Origin: an uncultured Lachnospiraceae bacterium
Lineage (GTDB): Bacteria; Bacillota; Clostridia; Lachnospirales; Lachnospiraceae
Reading direction: 5' to 3'
DNA: 64,000 nucleotides
Assembly: GCA_947577185.1 (NCBI GenBank)
Contig: CANPUE010000006.1
Location: 4,649-68,648, forward strand
Part shown: in pieces, positions 1 to 9,613 of the stretch
How positions within the stretch are numbered: the stretch's first letter is position 1
Layout of the letters: every line of letters begins with the position of its first letter
Notes under the pieces: model-generated
Seen by the model: the letters and a program-made list of their open reading frames with translations, nothing else
Databases searched by the model: none
Told to the model about the DNA's origin: nothing
Position numbers and translations under genes: made by a program

Positions 1-1
1 G

Positions 2-136
2 GGAATCAATCAGATAGCCGCTGTTGTGGAGTCCAATTCTGCAACTTCACAGGAAAGCGCCGCGGCATCACAGGAACTATCCTCTCAGGCCGATTTGCTG
101 AAGGAATTGCTTGAGAATTTCCAATACCATAAGTAA
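2..136 (+). CDS. Methyl-accepting chemotaxis protein, C-terminal fragment (5' end outside window)
   Basis: Frame 2, not in the ORF track, reads GINQIAAVVESNSATSQESAAASQELSSQADLLKELLENFQYHK*, a typical MCP C-terminal methylation helix. Confidence 0.85.
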   Translation, partial: GINQIAAVVESNSATSQESAAASQELSSQADLLKELLENFQYHK

Positions 137-173
137 AAACGCGAAGTAGAAACGTGCGCCGCCAGGTGCACAT

Positions 174-214
174 AAAAAGGACAGTGTGTATTGTTTTTGG
201 CACTGTCCTTTTTT
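174..214. terminator. Bidirectional intrinsic terminator
   Basis: AAAAAGGACAGTG...CACTGTCCTTTTTT inverted repeat with A/T tracts, between two convergent MCP genes. Confidence 0.85.
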
Positions 215-254
215 GATCTGTTGTTTTAGCAGACAGGAATGATTCGTGTGATTC

Positions 255-1175
255 CTACTTTGTATAATCTTCTATGATAGGAGGAATCTGGGAAAGCATA
301 TTGTCGATATCCTCAAACATGGCGCTTTTGGTGGTTCCCAGATTACTGGAACGATTGATGTGTTTAACAACCTCCTGGTATTGTTTCTTTGTGTTTTCAA
401 AGAAATCATAGAGCATCTGCAGGGAGGCCCCGGAAGCATCTACAACCTGAGTGATCTCAGACTGTACCGTGGTGGTTCCCTCTGCGGCTTCCGTAATATT
501 GTCAAACATGGAATAGGTCTGCTCCACTTTCTGAAGGCTCTCATCCAGGGCCTGATGCGAAGTGTCTATACTGCCATGGAGCCTGTCTGTGCCCTGCTCC
601 ACATCTACGATACTGGAGTCAACTTCTGCGACGAGATTTTTAATTTCATCAGAAAGGCTTTTGACTTCTTCTGCTACTACGGCAAAGCCTTTGCCGCTTT
701 CCCCGGCTCTTGCCGCCTCAATGGAAGCATTGAGGGAAAGAATGTTGGTCTGATCTGCGATGGACACGATCTTTCCCATGCAGCCTTTGATCTTTTTCAG
801 GGACAATTGAAAATCTTCAAAGATCTGCTGCATCTCACCAAAATGAGATTTTACTAATAGAGAGCTTTGCTTCAACTCTTCTATTTCATCCTGCGCCTGG
901 ATGACGGACTGCGAAATATTATCTTTCACGGACGCAAACTGACCTGATACGGTATTGATATTGGAAAAAGTCTGTCCAAAATCTTTTAGTGCGGTCATAA
1001 AGTTATCTGATTCAACCAGTACATGGTCAAAAGACTTGCTGATCATATCCAGTTCCTGCAGGGACAAAACTTCTCTTTGTACGAGGTCATGGCGGTACTC
1101 TTTCAAACTGTTAATTACATACAACACCGGATACAGGCTTTTAGATTTCTGTCGGGATTTTTTCATAATTTTCAT
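255..1175 (-). CDS. Soluble methyl-accepting chemotaxis protein
   Basis: [36 protein letters not shown] signalling hairpin; no clear TM helix; AGGAGG RBS before ATG at 1175. Confidence 0.9.
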   Translation of the reverse strand: MKIMKKSRQKSKSLYPVLYVINSLKEYRHDLVQREVLSLQELDMISKSFDHVLVESDNFMTALKDFGQTFSNINTVSGQFASVKDNISQSVIQAQDEIEELKQSSLLVKSHFGEMQQIFEDFQLSLKKIKGCMGKIVSIADQTNILSLNASIEAARAGESGKGFAVVAEEVKSLSDEIKNLVAEVDSSIVDVEQGTDRLHGSIDTSHQALDESLQKVEQTYSMFDNITEAAEGTTTVQSEITQVVDASGASLQMLYDFFENTKKQYQEVVKHINRSSNLGTTKSAMFEDIDNMLSQIPPIIEDYTK

Positions 1176-1191
1176 CTTAGGGTGCCCTCCT

Positions 1192-2247
1192 TTACTCAAA
1201 TACAACGCAGGTCATTGACTGGTTGACAAATTGATTATTGTAATGCTCGCCGTAGCCTACCAGACCGACGTGGTTCCCAAGGGCAGACATTTCTTTTAAA
1301 TATTCCTTCATGTAGTTATTGTCAGTAAACAACAGATATCTGAACAGGCAGTTTACCGAAAAGACAGCTGAAATTTTGGAAAAATCCTGCTTGATCGTAC
1401 GGATTGTATTTCTGACGATTTCTTTATAATCTCCTAATTCCAGCATGATCAGTACATCTGAATCATTCACCTGTCGGAAACAGGTCAGTGCGTTGCCGCT
1501 AACTTCCTTGATCGAGATAATGCAGGTTTCGTTGCCGTTAATCTTGCCGAATGGATTTTTAAACGTCTGTGTCTGAATATCCCTTTCTGATACATGAAGA
1601 ATATCCTGATAAACCTGCTTTGCAGGTATTCCGTTCAGGGTTCCCATTATGTAGTTGGCTTTATCGGTTTTTGCTGCGATAAAGCGATAGTCGCCCATCT
1701 GACGGTAAATGTTTTCTTTGTAGGCCTTTACTCTGCCGTTATTATTTTTTATCAGCGCATAAGCGACGGCATCCTGATAGACTTTGCCGTTGGCGGATAC
1801 TTTTCCGGCATCGCCGGTTCCGCCGACCAGTGAAATATTTTTGTGCTTTAGTACACTGTAAATCGTAGTGAGCGCGCAGGCGTCGTTTCCCGTACAGAAG
1901 TCGATGCAGATGGTATTATTCAGCGAAGAGTTGATCGCACGCGCGTCCTGCTCCAGCCGTTCAATATATTTTACAGGCATCACGGATACCTCTTCCAATA
2001 CATTGGCGGCTGCGCTTACCCCGTCATAATATGCAACGACGCTGACCCCTTTCTCTGCTACTCTCGTGTCATAGCTCATGCCGATGCAGCCGATACTGGG
2101 TATCTGGGGATAAAGCTCTTCCAGTTTTTTTACGTGCTCCTCGAACTGATCCCCGTTGGACAGCAGCATGATCAATTCAGGGTTCTTTAGGCCCTGAACT
2201 GCTTCCAGCAGATTTCCGCTTTGACTCATACCGAAGAACTGTTTCAA
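1192..2247 (-). CDS. Stand-alone FIST (FIST_N + FIST_C) sensory protein
   Basis: LVGGTG, SVNCLFR and GLVGYGEH...NQSMT motifs; TTG start with AGAGGA RBS. Confidence 0.8.
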   Translation of the reverse strand: MKQFFGMSQSGNLLEAVQGLKNPELIMLLSNGDQFEEHVKKLEELYPQIPSIGCIGMSYDTRVAEKGVSVVAYYDGVSAAANVLEEVSVMPVKYIERLEQDARAINSSLNNTICIDFCTGNDACALTTIYSVLKHKNISLVGGTGDAGKVSANGKVYQDAVAYALIKNNNGRVKAYKENIYRQMGDYRFIAAKTDKANYIMGTLNGIPAKQVYQDILHVSERDIQTQTFKNPFGKINGNETCIISIKEVSGNALTCFRQVNDSDVLIMLELGDYKEIVRNTIRTIKQDFSKISAVFSVNCLFRYLLFTDNNYMKEYLKEMSALGNHVGLVGYGEHYNNQFVNQSMTCVVFE

Positions 2248-2293
2248 TGTTTTTTCCTCTCTTTCTTTTCATTGTATTTTATTGTAGTCTGGT

Positions 2294-2521
2294 TTATTTC
2301 GTTCTATAGTCCTCAGAACTGTTATATTTTGTGACATAGTAATTGTGTCCGTCTGATCTTTTCTGCGGCTTCACTCTTCCTGACAGGTGAGCATAGGAAT
2401 CGTGAAAATCCTGTATGGAATTCATCTGTTCCAGCTTTGCACGATTCTTTTTCATCTTTCTGAAACTGTAAAAATAGATTGCCACCAGCAGAACAAGCAG
2501 CATAATAATGGCTTTTCCCAT
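2294..2521 (-). CDS. Small hypothetical protein with N-terminal membrane anchor
   Basis: 75 aa; hydrophobic N-terminus followed by basic residues; AAGGA RBS. Confidence 0.6.
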   Translation of the reverse strand: MGKAIIMLLVLLVAIYFYSFRKMKKNRAKLEQMNSIQDFHDSYAHLSGRVKPQKRSDGHNYYVTKYNSSEDYRTK

Positions 2522-2547
2522 ATGTTGTCACATCCTTAAAAACAATT

Positions 2548-2904
2548 TTAACGATTTAACAGTGTTTCTTTTTCAATCTGCACACCGTCACGCCAGATCC
2601 GTTCGAGATCATAAAAAAGACGGTTTTCTTTATCAAAAATATGCACGATGAGATCCTGAAAATCGAGCAGGATCCAGTTGGCGGACTGATATCCTTCTAC
2701 CTGTTTTACAGGGCATCCGGCTTTTGTGAGAACTTCTGTCACATAATCTGCGAGCGCCTGTATCTGGCTCTTATTGGAACCGTTTGCGATCAGAAAAAAA
2801 TCTGCAATGGTGGAAATATGACTGATATCGATGATACGGATATCTTCTGCTTTCTTATCTTCCATAGCTTCCATAGCAAGTTTTGTGATCTGTTTTGTAT
2901 CCAT
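2548..2904 (-). CDS. rsfS: Ribosome silencing factor
   Basis: EDKKAEDI, WILLDFQDLIVHIF, RLFYDLERIW; nadD-yqeK context. Confidence 0.95.
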   Translation of the reverse strand: MDTKQITKLAMEAMEDKKAEDIRIIDISHISTIADFFLIANGSNKSQIQALADYVTEVLTKAGCPVKQVEGYQSANWILLDFQDLIVHIFDKENRLFYDLERIWRDGVQIEKETLLNR

Positions 2905-2960
2905 TCTTTTCTGCTATCCTTTCTGTTTTATGTATTTGGGGTTGGAATTTAATTTCTGTT

Positions 2961-3554
2961 TTAGTGGTCAGATGTTTTTAAAGAACGATAGTATTCATAA
3001 GTTTCCTTTGTCATGGAATCAACCAGTCCCCCCGCTGACATCAGGTAAGAAAGGGTGTCTTCGAGTATCTTACAAAGGGTACGATCAAGATCCTGATAGG
3101 CCATACGGCGAATCTGTTCAAGATTGGACGCATGTTTTCTGCCAGGTTCTATATAATCCGCGATATATAGTATTTTTTCCAGTCTGCTCATACCGGGGCG
3201 CCCGGTCGTGTGATAGCGGATGGCATTGAGGATTTCCTCATCGCTGATATTATATTTTTTGCAGGCCAGAAAGCTGCCGGCTTTCGCATGAAGGAGCGCC
3301 GCCGGATTCTGTCTTTCCACCTCAGACACAGGCAGGTCGTGCTTTTCACAGATCGAGAGCAGTTTTTTGTTCGGAAGGCATTTGGCACAGTCATGGAGAA
3401 GTCCGGCCAAAATGGCTTTTTCTTCATCTTCCCCGTGGATCATGGCGAGTGTCGCAGCCGTGTATGCCACAGATAAGGTGTGTTCGTAACGCTTGGGATT
3501 TAATTCCTTTTCCATGGCTTTTCTTAATTTCTTTTTTGTGTCCAGTGTTTTCAT
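2961..3554 (-). CDS. yqeK: Ap4A symmetrical hydrolase (HD family)
   Basis: RYEHT, GLLHDCAK, AIRYHTTG, ADYIEPGR. Confidence 0.92.
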   Translation of the reverse strand: MKTLDTKKKLRKAMEKELNPKRYEHTLSVAYTAATLAMIHGEDEEKAILAGLLHDCAKCLPNKKLLSICEKHDLPVSEVERQNPAALLHAKAGSFLACKKYNISDEEILNAIRYHTTGRPGMSRLEKILYIADYIEPGRKHASNLEQIRRMAYQDLDRTLCKILEDTLSYLMSAGGLVDSMTKETYEYYRSLKTSDH

Positions 3555-3561
3555 ACAGGAC

Positions 3562-4179
3562 TCACACCTCTTTGTACAATTTATTCTTGATAATATAGTC
3601 GTATACCGGATCCGGTACGAGATAGCGAATAGAGTTTCCTTCTTTCACAAGACGGCGGATCGCGGAGGACGAGAGATCAATACGGCCGGTCTGAAGCAAA
3701 AAGATTTCTGCGCCGTATTTTTCTCTTAAACGGAAAGCCTGTGTTTCCAGATCTTTCATTTCTTTGTCATCCCGGACAGCTGCGAGGATCTGACAGCCGG
3801 CAAAGATTTTGTCCGGACATTTCCAGTTTTCGATTGTCCAGAGGCTGTCAGCGCCGAGAATAAAATAATATTGCGTATGAGGAAATCTGGCATGCAGATC
3901 TTCTAGTGTCTCATACGTATAAGTATTGTGTTCTTTTTCGGTTTCTATCGTTGAAATCGTAAAAAAAGGATTTTCTTCGATTGCCAGTTTTGTCATTTCT
4001 ACCCGGACTGACCCGGGAAGCACTTCATCCTGGTTTTTAAAATAGGGAATCCCGCTTGGCATAAAAAGTATTTCATCCAGATGAAATTGTTCTCTTGCCT
4101 TTTCTGCAATGATCAGATGTCCTATGTGGATTGGGTTAAAGGTTCCGCCCATAATACCGACTTTTCTCAGATGGCTCAC
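3562..4179 (-). CDS. nadD: Nicotinate-nucleotide adenylyltransferase
   Basis: GGTFNPIHIGH, ILGADS, LSSSAIR. Confidence 0.96.
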   Translation of the reverse strand: MSHLRKVGIMGGTFNPIHIGHLIIAEKAREQFHLDEILFMPSGIPYFKNQDEVLPGSVRVEMTKLAIEENPFFTISTIETEKEHNTYTYETLEDLHARFPHTQYYFILGADSLWTIENWKCPDKIFAGCQILAAVRDDKEMKDLETQAFRLREKYGAEIFLLQTGRIDLSSSAIRRLVKEGNSIRYLVPDPVYDYIIKNKLYKEV

Positions 4180-4186
4180 CTCTTTT

Positions 4187-4477
4187 TTAATTTGGCAGAA
4201 TGATCTTTGGGTTTTTCTTATCCGGCTTATAGAGTATGATTTTTTTGCCGATTACCTGCACGACCTGAGAATGCGTCCTGCCTGCGACCATTTCGGCAAT
4301 TTCGTGCGGGTCGTCCGCACAGTTTTTCAAGACCGCGATTTTGATCAGCTCTTTTGTATTGAAAGCCTCGTCAATGGCCTGTGTAAATTCGGGCGTCAGG
4401 CTTGCCTTTCCGACTTGGAAGATGGGATTCAGCGTGCTTGCAAGCCCCTTTAAATATGCTCTTTGTTTGCTTGTCAT
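4187..4477 (-). CDS. yhbY: Ribosome assembly RNA-binding protein (CRM domain)
   Basis: MTSKQRAYLK...KELIKI...VQVIGKKIILYK; start moved to 4477. Confidence 0.92.
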   Translation of the reverse strand: MTSKQRAYLKGLASTLNPIFQVGKASLTPEFTQAIDEAFNTKELIKIAVLKNCADDPHEIAEMVAGRTHSQVVQVIGKKIILYKPDKKNPKIILPN

Positions 4478-4493
4478 GTTTTGATCCTTTCGT

Positions 4494-5780
4494 CTATTTA
4501 TAATAATCAAAAGAAAGTCCGTACATTCTGACCGTATTGCCTTCTTCGATTCCAAGTTCTTCCAGCTGTTTTAAGATACCGTGTTCTTTTAAGAAATTCT
4601 GGAAAAAGCGAAACCCTTTTTCTGATTCCAGATTCGTATAAGAAAGCATTTTTTCAATGCGGGGACCTTCCACAACATACTCCTGCTTCTCTTCGTCATA
4701 TGTGACGGTGAAAGGCTCATTCTGTATGCTGTAATGATCTTCCGGGATATATTCCGGCATAAAGACGACAGGCTCTGCATTTATTTCATCCAGTCTGTTT
4801 TGCACTGCATAAAGGAGTTCCCGGATGCCTTTTCCGCTCACGGCGGAAATCGGATAGACAGGAATGCCCTTGGGCTCAAATTCTGCCCGAATGCGTGAGA
4901 CAGGGTCATCTTCCGTATAGATCATATCGATTTTGTTTGCTGCAATGATCTGGGGTCTGGCAGCGATTTCCGGATTATAGGCGTTTAGCTCCCTGTTGAT
5001 TGCATAGATATCCTCTACCGGGTCTCTGCCCTCTACAGAAGCCGCGTCCACGATATGAATCATGACCCGGGTACGTTCGATGTGGCGTAAAAATTCATGT
5101 CCGAGACCGACGCCTTCCGATGCGCCTTCGATCAGTCCCGGAATATCCGCGATCACGAATCCTCTGGCATCTTCGAGATCGACCACGCCAAGATTGGGAT
5201 TCAAGGTCGTAAAATGGTAATTGGCGATCTTGGGCCTTGCATTTGTCACTTTGGCAAGAAACGTTGATTTCCCGACATTTGGAAAGCCAACCAGTCCCAC
5301 ATCAGCGATTACTTTTAATTCCAGTAAAAGATTCAATTCCATTGATGGCTGTCCGGGCTGCGCATATTTGGGCGCCTGCATTTTGCTCGTGGCATAGTGC
5401 TGGTTCCCGCTTCCGCCGCGGCCGCCTTTTAAAAGCAGTACTTTCTGATTTTCACCGGACATATCCGCAATGACCTGGCCGCTCTCGGCTTCTTTGATGA
5501 CGGTTCCGGCAGGAACTTTGATGAAGATGTCTTCTCCGTTTTTGCCTGCGCAGTTGCGTTTTCCGCCTTCTGCACCATTTCCTGCACAGTATTTTCTGAT
5601 ATGACGGAAATCTGTCAGCGTGTTTAAGCCCTCGTCCACGACAAAATAAACGCTGCCGCCATTGCCGCCGTCACCGCCGTCCGGCCCGCCGTTGGGTACA
5701 TATTTTTCCCGGCGGAAAGAAACGTGCCCGTCGCCGCCTTTCCCGCTTTTTACATAAATTTTTGCACGATCTGCAAACAT
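4494..5780 (-). CDS. obgE: GTPase Obg
   Basis: FRREKYVPNGGPDGGDGG, GFPNVGKST, DIPG, NKID. Confidence 0.98.
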   Translation of the reverse strand: MFADRAKIYVKSGKGGDGHVSFRREKYVPNGGPDGGDGGNGGSVYFVVDEGLNTLTDFRHIRKYCAGNGAEGGKRNCAGKNGEDIFIKVPAGTVIKEAESGQVIADMSGENQKVLLLKGGRGGSGNQHYATSKMQAPKYAQPGQPSMELNLLLELKVIADVGLVGFPNVGKSTFLAKVTNARPKIANYHFTTLNPNLGVVDLEDARGFVIADIPGLIEGASEGVGLGHEFLRHIERTRVMIHIVDAASVEGRDPVEDIYAINRELNAYNPEIAARPQIIAANKIDMIYTEDDPVSRIRAEFEPKGIPVYPISAVSGKGIRELLYAVQNRLDEINAEPVVFMPEYIPEDHYSIQNEPFTVTYDEEKQEYVVEGPRIEKMLSYTNLESEKGFRFFQNFLKEHGILKQLEELGIEEGNTVRMYGLSFDYYK

Positions 5781-5803
5781 ATGATAACCAATGCCTTTCT
5801 GCC

Positions 5804-5837
5804 AAAAAAGGCTTCAAACAAAAATATGTTTGAAGCC
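5804..5837 (-). terminator. Intrinsic terminator after rpmA
   Basis: GGCTTCAAACA/TGTTTGAAGCC 11-bp stem with U-tract on the minus strand. Confidence 0.85.
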
Positions 5838-5848
5838 CGATCTGTTTG

Positions 5849-6142
5849 CTAATTGCTTTCTACAGGATATACGGAAGCCTGTTTTTTATCTCTTCCTTTT
5901 CTTTCAAATCGGAGCACGCCGTCAACCATTGCAAATAATGTATCGTCGCCGCCTCTGCCTACGTTGACACCCGGATGAATCTTGGTTCCGCGCTGTCTGT
6001 ATAAAATATTTCCTGCCTTTACGAACTGTCCGTCAGCTCTTTTTGCACCTAATCTCTTGGATTCGGAATCTCTTCCGTTTTTGGTAGAGCCGACACCCTT
6101 CTTGTGTGCAAAAAATTGAAGGTTCATATTCAACATTGCCAT
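5849..6142 (-). CDS. rpmA: 50S ribosomal protein L27 with Prp-cleaved N-terminal extension
   Basis: [20 protein letters not shown]; AAGGAG RBS. Confidence 0.98.
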   Translation of the reverse strand: MAMLNMNLQFFAHKKGVGSTKNGRDSESKRLGAKRADGQFVKAGNILYRQRGTKIHPGVNVGRGGDDTLFAMVDGVLRFERKGRDKKQASVYPVESN

Positions 6143-6157
6143 GTTCACTCCTTTCTC

Positions 6158-6502
6158 TTAGCCTGTAAACGGATTCGTTTCCCTGAATTCCAGCTTACAG
6201 TATTTTCTCCCATACTGCTTTTCGATCTGGGACAGACCGAGCACCAGAGAATCTATCAAAACCTTTGATGTTTCTTCTAAAGGTTCCTCAAACTTACATG
6301 CAATCAATCCAGACGACTCATCAGATTCTACAGACATCTGCGCTCCTGTAATCTCATCTAACGAATTGATCGTATTGATGACCAAAACGGAAACGGATGC
6401 GCAGACGATATCTTTGCCGTATGCGTCAAATCCTGCATGTCCTGCACATGTAAACCCTTTATATTCTCCTGCTTTTGTTCTATGAAATGTTATTGTTATC
6501 AT
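6158..6502 (-). CDS. prp: Ribosomal-processing cysteine protease
   Basis: GHAG...DIVCASVS; located between rplU and rpmA. Confidence 0.93.
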   Translation of the reverse strand: MITITFHRTKAGEYKGFTCAGHAGFDAYGKDIVCASVSVLVINTINSLDEITGAQMSVESDESSGLIACKFEEPLEETSKVLIDSLVLGLSQIEKQYGRKYCKLEFRETNPFTG

Positions 6503-6532
6503 TTCACACCTTTAAGCATTCCTCAGAAGATC

Positions 6533-6838
6533 TTACGCGTTGATCTTGTCAATCTTTACCTGTGTGTATGCTTGTCTATGACCCATTTTCTTATGATAGC
6601 CGGATTTTCTTTTATACTTGTAAACGATGACTTTGCGTCCGCGTCCCTGATCCATAACGGTTCCGGTTACGGTCGCGCCTGCGACATCGCCTGCTACTTT
6701 CAGCTCGTTATCGCTGATCGCTATCACCTGGTCAAATGTAACAGCAGCTCCGACTTCCACGTCAAGTTTCTCTACCTTGATGACGTCTCCCTCAGATACT
6801 TTGTACTGCTTTCCGCCTGTTGCAATAATTGCGTACAT
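6533..6838 (-). CDS. rplU: 50S ribosomal protein L21
   Basis: MYAIIATGGKQYKV...GHRQAYT; GGAGG RBS. Confidence 0.98.
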   Translation of the reverse strand: MYAIIATGGKQYKVSEGDVIKVEKLDVEVGAAVTFDQVIAISDNELKVAGDVAGATVTGTVMDQGRGRKVIVYKYKRKSGYHKKMGHRQAYTQVKIDKINA

Positions 6839-6869
6839 ATGGCACCTCCTTCGCATGAACTATGTTCAT

Positions 6870-6952
6870 CTTTACTCGCCAGTTTTGGTGATATCCGGTT
6901 CGTCTCTGTCAGGAAAAATCAGATATACTTATACCTCACTGTGCGGCATACT
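6870..6952 (-). ncRNA. Probable L21 leader RNA
   Basis: 5' UTR of rplU containing GCCGCACAG..GAGGT and CTGGCGAGT motifs resembling the Firmicutes L21 leader; boundaries approximate. Confidence 0.65.
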
Positions 6953-6957
6953 AGAAC

Positions 6958-6986
6958 ATTTTATCCTTTCTGCGTGAATTTGTCAA
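6958..6986 (-). promoter_or_regulatory. SigA promoter of rplU-prp-rpmA
   Basis: TTGACA-N17-TAAAAT. Confidence 0.8.
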
Positions 6987-7034
6987 TATGTATGAGATAA
7001 TTTTCTGAGACAATTTTCCTGTGCTGAGAGCGCT

Positions 7035-7586
7035 TCAGGTTGAGATGCTGAAAAAATATGCGGCGATCTGTGCCCTGGAACTGAATTCTTCTGTTTCCAG
7101 GAGCTTTTGTACCTCGTCTTTTGTGTAGAATTTTGCCTCGATCATTTCATTTTCTGAAGTGTGATCTTCGATCTCTCCTTCCACCTCGACAAAGGCGATC
7201 TGTGTCTTGATATCGGAGATGGCAACCGCGGCAAAGGAGGGATTCAGGATCCGGATGACTCTTTTGAGCCGCAGGCCGGTCTCCTCATATAGTTCCCGCT
7301 CGATACATTCGGCGATGGTCTCCCCGTTTTCGATCATCCCGGCGCACAGGTTATAGATGTAATGATTGACGCCCATCCTGAATTCGCGCAAAAGGAGAAG
7401 CCTGTCTTTACAGTAGGCGACGATAGAAACCCCGCTTACTCTGTTGCCGAGAACCGCCGCATCGGGGATTTCGTTGCGGCTTACAATTTCATAGATCTTT
7501 TCTTTTCCTTTTTTGTTCAGATAGGTCAGTTCATAATTTTTCAGGTATTTTCCGTCTTTTACTTTTTTCAGATTTAATAATTTCAT
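7035..7586 (-). CDS. NUDIX hydrolase (ADP-ribose pyrophosphatase-like)
   Basis: Nudix box GMIENGETIAECIERELYEETGL. Confidence 0.9.
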   Translation of the reverse strand: MKLLNLKKVKDGKYLKNYELTYLNKKGKEKIYEIVSRNEIPDAAVLGNRVSGVSIVAYCKDRLLLLREFRMGVNHYIYNLCAGMIENGETIAECIERELYEETGLRLKRVIRILNPSFAAVAISDIKTQIAFVEVEGEIEDHTSENEMIEAKFYTKDEVQKLLETEEFSSRAQIAAYFFSIST

Positions 7587-7608
7587 GCCTTCCCTCATTT
7601 CCGTTTTT

Positions 7609-8841
7609 TCATTTTGCATGAAACTGTTCCGCAAACGGCTTATTTTTCTTTTGTCTGGTGATCTCCATCAGGCCAAGGCCTGTGATATCCACCACATACG
7701 CCGGTACAGGATCCTGCTTCAGCAGTTTTTTCATATATTCTGTCAGTTGTTGTGTATGCGCTTTTTGCTTCATATTGATAAAATCAACAAGGATCATTCC
7801 GGAAAGATTTCTGGCACGCAGGGCTGCCGCAATTGCATCGGCGGCTTCCAGATTGATCTTTAAATAGGTCTCTTCCGGATTCTTTTTCGCCTCATACTTT
7901 CCGGTATTGACGTCGATTGATACAAGGGCTTCCGTCTGTTCGATCACAAGATAGGCGCCGGATTTTAACCAGACCTTTTTGTCGAGCAGTTCCCTGATCT
8001 TTGTCTCGACGGAGTAGAGTTTATATAAAGGAAGTCTTTCGTCCTGGTAAAACCGTATGGGGACGGCAGTCAGCTGTTCATCGGCACGCAGCAGTTCACA
8101 GATATCCGGTTCATCGGTCACGATCTCGTCATAATCTGACTGATAGCAGTTTTTTACAAAGCGTACAAATTCCGGTTCGTTCTGATGCAGGCAGCTGAAA
8201 CATACCCTTTTATCAGCAATGCTCAGAAGGTGGGACATCTGTGACGCCAGACGTCCGGCCTCGGCAATGACTTCAGAACGATCCGGCGCACTGGCGACAT
8301 TTGTGCGGATGATCAGGTCAAACTGTTCCGCTATTTTTAACAAAGATGCTTCGTTTTGATACAGATGTTGGTATTTTGCGCCGAGTCTGGAAGAAATCCT
8401 TATTTTGCCTGTCCTTGTCCGCCTATGTTCTATCACGGTATACGTACCGGCCAGGGAAAGCTTTGCCGAAACCCCGGCGGGCTTTGTTTTAAGCGGTTCT
8501 CTGACAAGCTGGACGATCAGTTCGTCTCCGGTTTTCAGTGTCCCGTCTGCGCTGCGGTTTGTCAAAACAGCATCCTTTTTTTCTGAAAGCGGAAGAAAGG
8601 CCATGGTGCCTTTTTGGATCTCCACGAAAGCGCCTCCGATATTGGCGGCAACATTTTGTACCCTGCCTACATACAGGTTCCCAATGCGGCAGGTATGCTG
8701 GCCGTCTGTCAGGAGCTGTGTCTGAATCTGACAGATTTGATTGTGCGTGATCAGCATGGAAAAGAGTTTATCATACAGCCGCAGAATAAGGATCTTCCCT
8801 TTTTGCTTTTTTTGATCCTGTTGTGTCACTTCGATTTCCAT
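7609..8841 (-). CDS. Ribonuclease E/G family protein
   Basis: S1 domain (IGNLYVGRV, AFVEI), IDVNTGK, ARNLSGMILVDFINM, GLMEITRQK; start approximate. Confidence 0.9.
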   Translation of the reverse strand: MEIEVTQQDQKKQKGKILILRLYDKLFSMLITHNQICQIQTQLLTDGQHTCRIGNLYVGRVQNVAANIGGAFVEIQKGTMAFLPLSEKKDAVLTNRSADGTLKTGDELIVQLVREPLKTKPAGVSAKLSLAGTYTVIEHRRTRTGKIRISSRLGAKYQHLYQNEASLLKIAEQFDLIIRTNVASAPDRSEVIAEAGRLASQMSHLLSIADKRVCFSCLHQNEPEFVRFVKNCYQSDYDEIVTDEPDICELLRADEQLTAVPIRFYQDERLPLYKLYSVETKIRELLDKKVWLKSGAYLVIEQTEALVSIDVNTGKYEAKKNPEETYLKINLEAADAIAAALRARNLSGMILVDFINMKQKAHTQQLTEYMKKLLKQDPVPAYVVDITGLGLMEITRQKKNKPFAEQFHAK

Positions 8842-8854
8842 TTCTTCATCCTTT

Positions 8855-9613
8855 TCACATTCCGACAGCATCAAGCGGCACAAGCTGCCGTTCTCCATCT
8901 TCTTTTGCAAGACTGGTATAAGTCTCTACCCGCGTGATCTGACAGGAAAAAGGAGTCAGTTCCACACCGCAGAATTTACAGAAAGCTTCTAACACCAGAG
9001 CCGGTTTGACATTGCCGCTGCTGCTGGCATCAACCAGCATGGAAATTGCGGGAAAAGCCGGTTTCTGTTTCGGATTTTCGGCAAAAAGATCTTCGGCCTG
9101 TTCCAGACAGATTTCATAGATTCCGGGTTTGAGATCAAACACAGACTCGCCTTTTTTTGTTTTTTTGAGAATGGGAATCTGCGGCTGGTCGTAAAACGCC
9201 GCCAGCTTTGCATCCATAGTATCAATTGGAAAGGCTGTTATTTGGCCCTCCGGTGATTTGTAAGTGATCCGGTATCTGGCTGCCGCGACGCTTGCCATGG
9301 CATTTTTGGCATGGTCTGGCAGTCTGATGACTGACACAATATCGATACCCTCTACCATAGTCCGGTTCAGCGCATCTTTTACGGCCTGCGGGGATTCCAT
9401 GGAATTAACTTCGATGTCCATATATTCTCCGGCGCTCTCTATGCCTACTCCGAGCGGCGCCGCAAAGGACATGACCTGATGCGGGTTAAAACCTTCCGAA
9501 TATCTGATATCGATCTGTGCCCTGTTAACTGCTTTCTGAAAGAAACGCATGACATCCAGGTGACCGATAAATTTCATGACCCCGTATTTGGCAAATTTAA
9601 TTCTGATCTTCAT
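8855..9613 (-). CDS. Radical SAM-linked protein (TIGR03936/DUF2344-like)
   Basis: KFIGHLD, YSEGFNPH, LGVGIES; overlaps the end of the upstream radical SAM gene. Confidence 0.85.
   Translation of the reverse strand: MKIRIKFAKYGVMKFIGHLDVMRFFQKAVNRAQIDIRYSEGFNPHQVMSFAAPLGVGIESAGEYMDIEVNSMESPQAVKDALNRTMVEGIDIVSVIRLPDHAKNAMASVAAARYRITYKSPEGQITAFPIDTMDAKLAAFYDQPQIPILKKTKKGESVFDLKPGIYEICLEQAEDLFAENPKQKPAFPAISMLVDASSSGNVKPALVLEAFCKFCGVELTPFSCQITRVETYTSLAKEDGERQLVPLDAVGM

Noticed and set aside
6-203. 65 aa minus-strand ORF
   Set aside because: Shadow of the plus-strand MCP tail and the terminator
5849-6502. L27 N-terminal extension plus Prp protease as a novelty
   Set aside because: Well-established Firmicutes system
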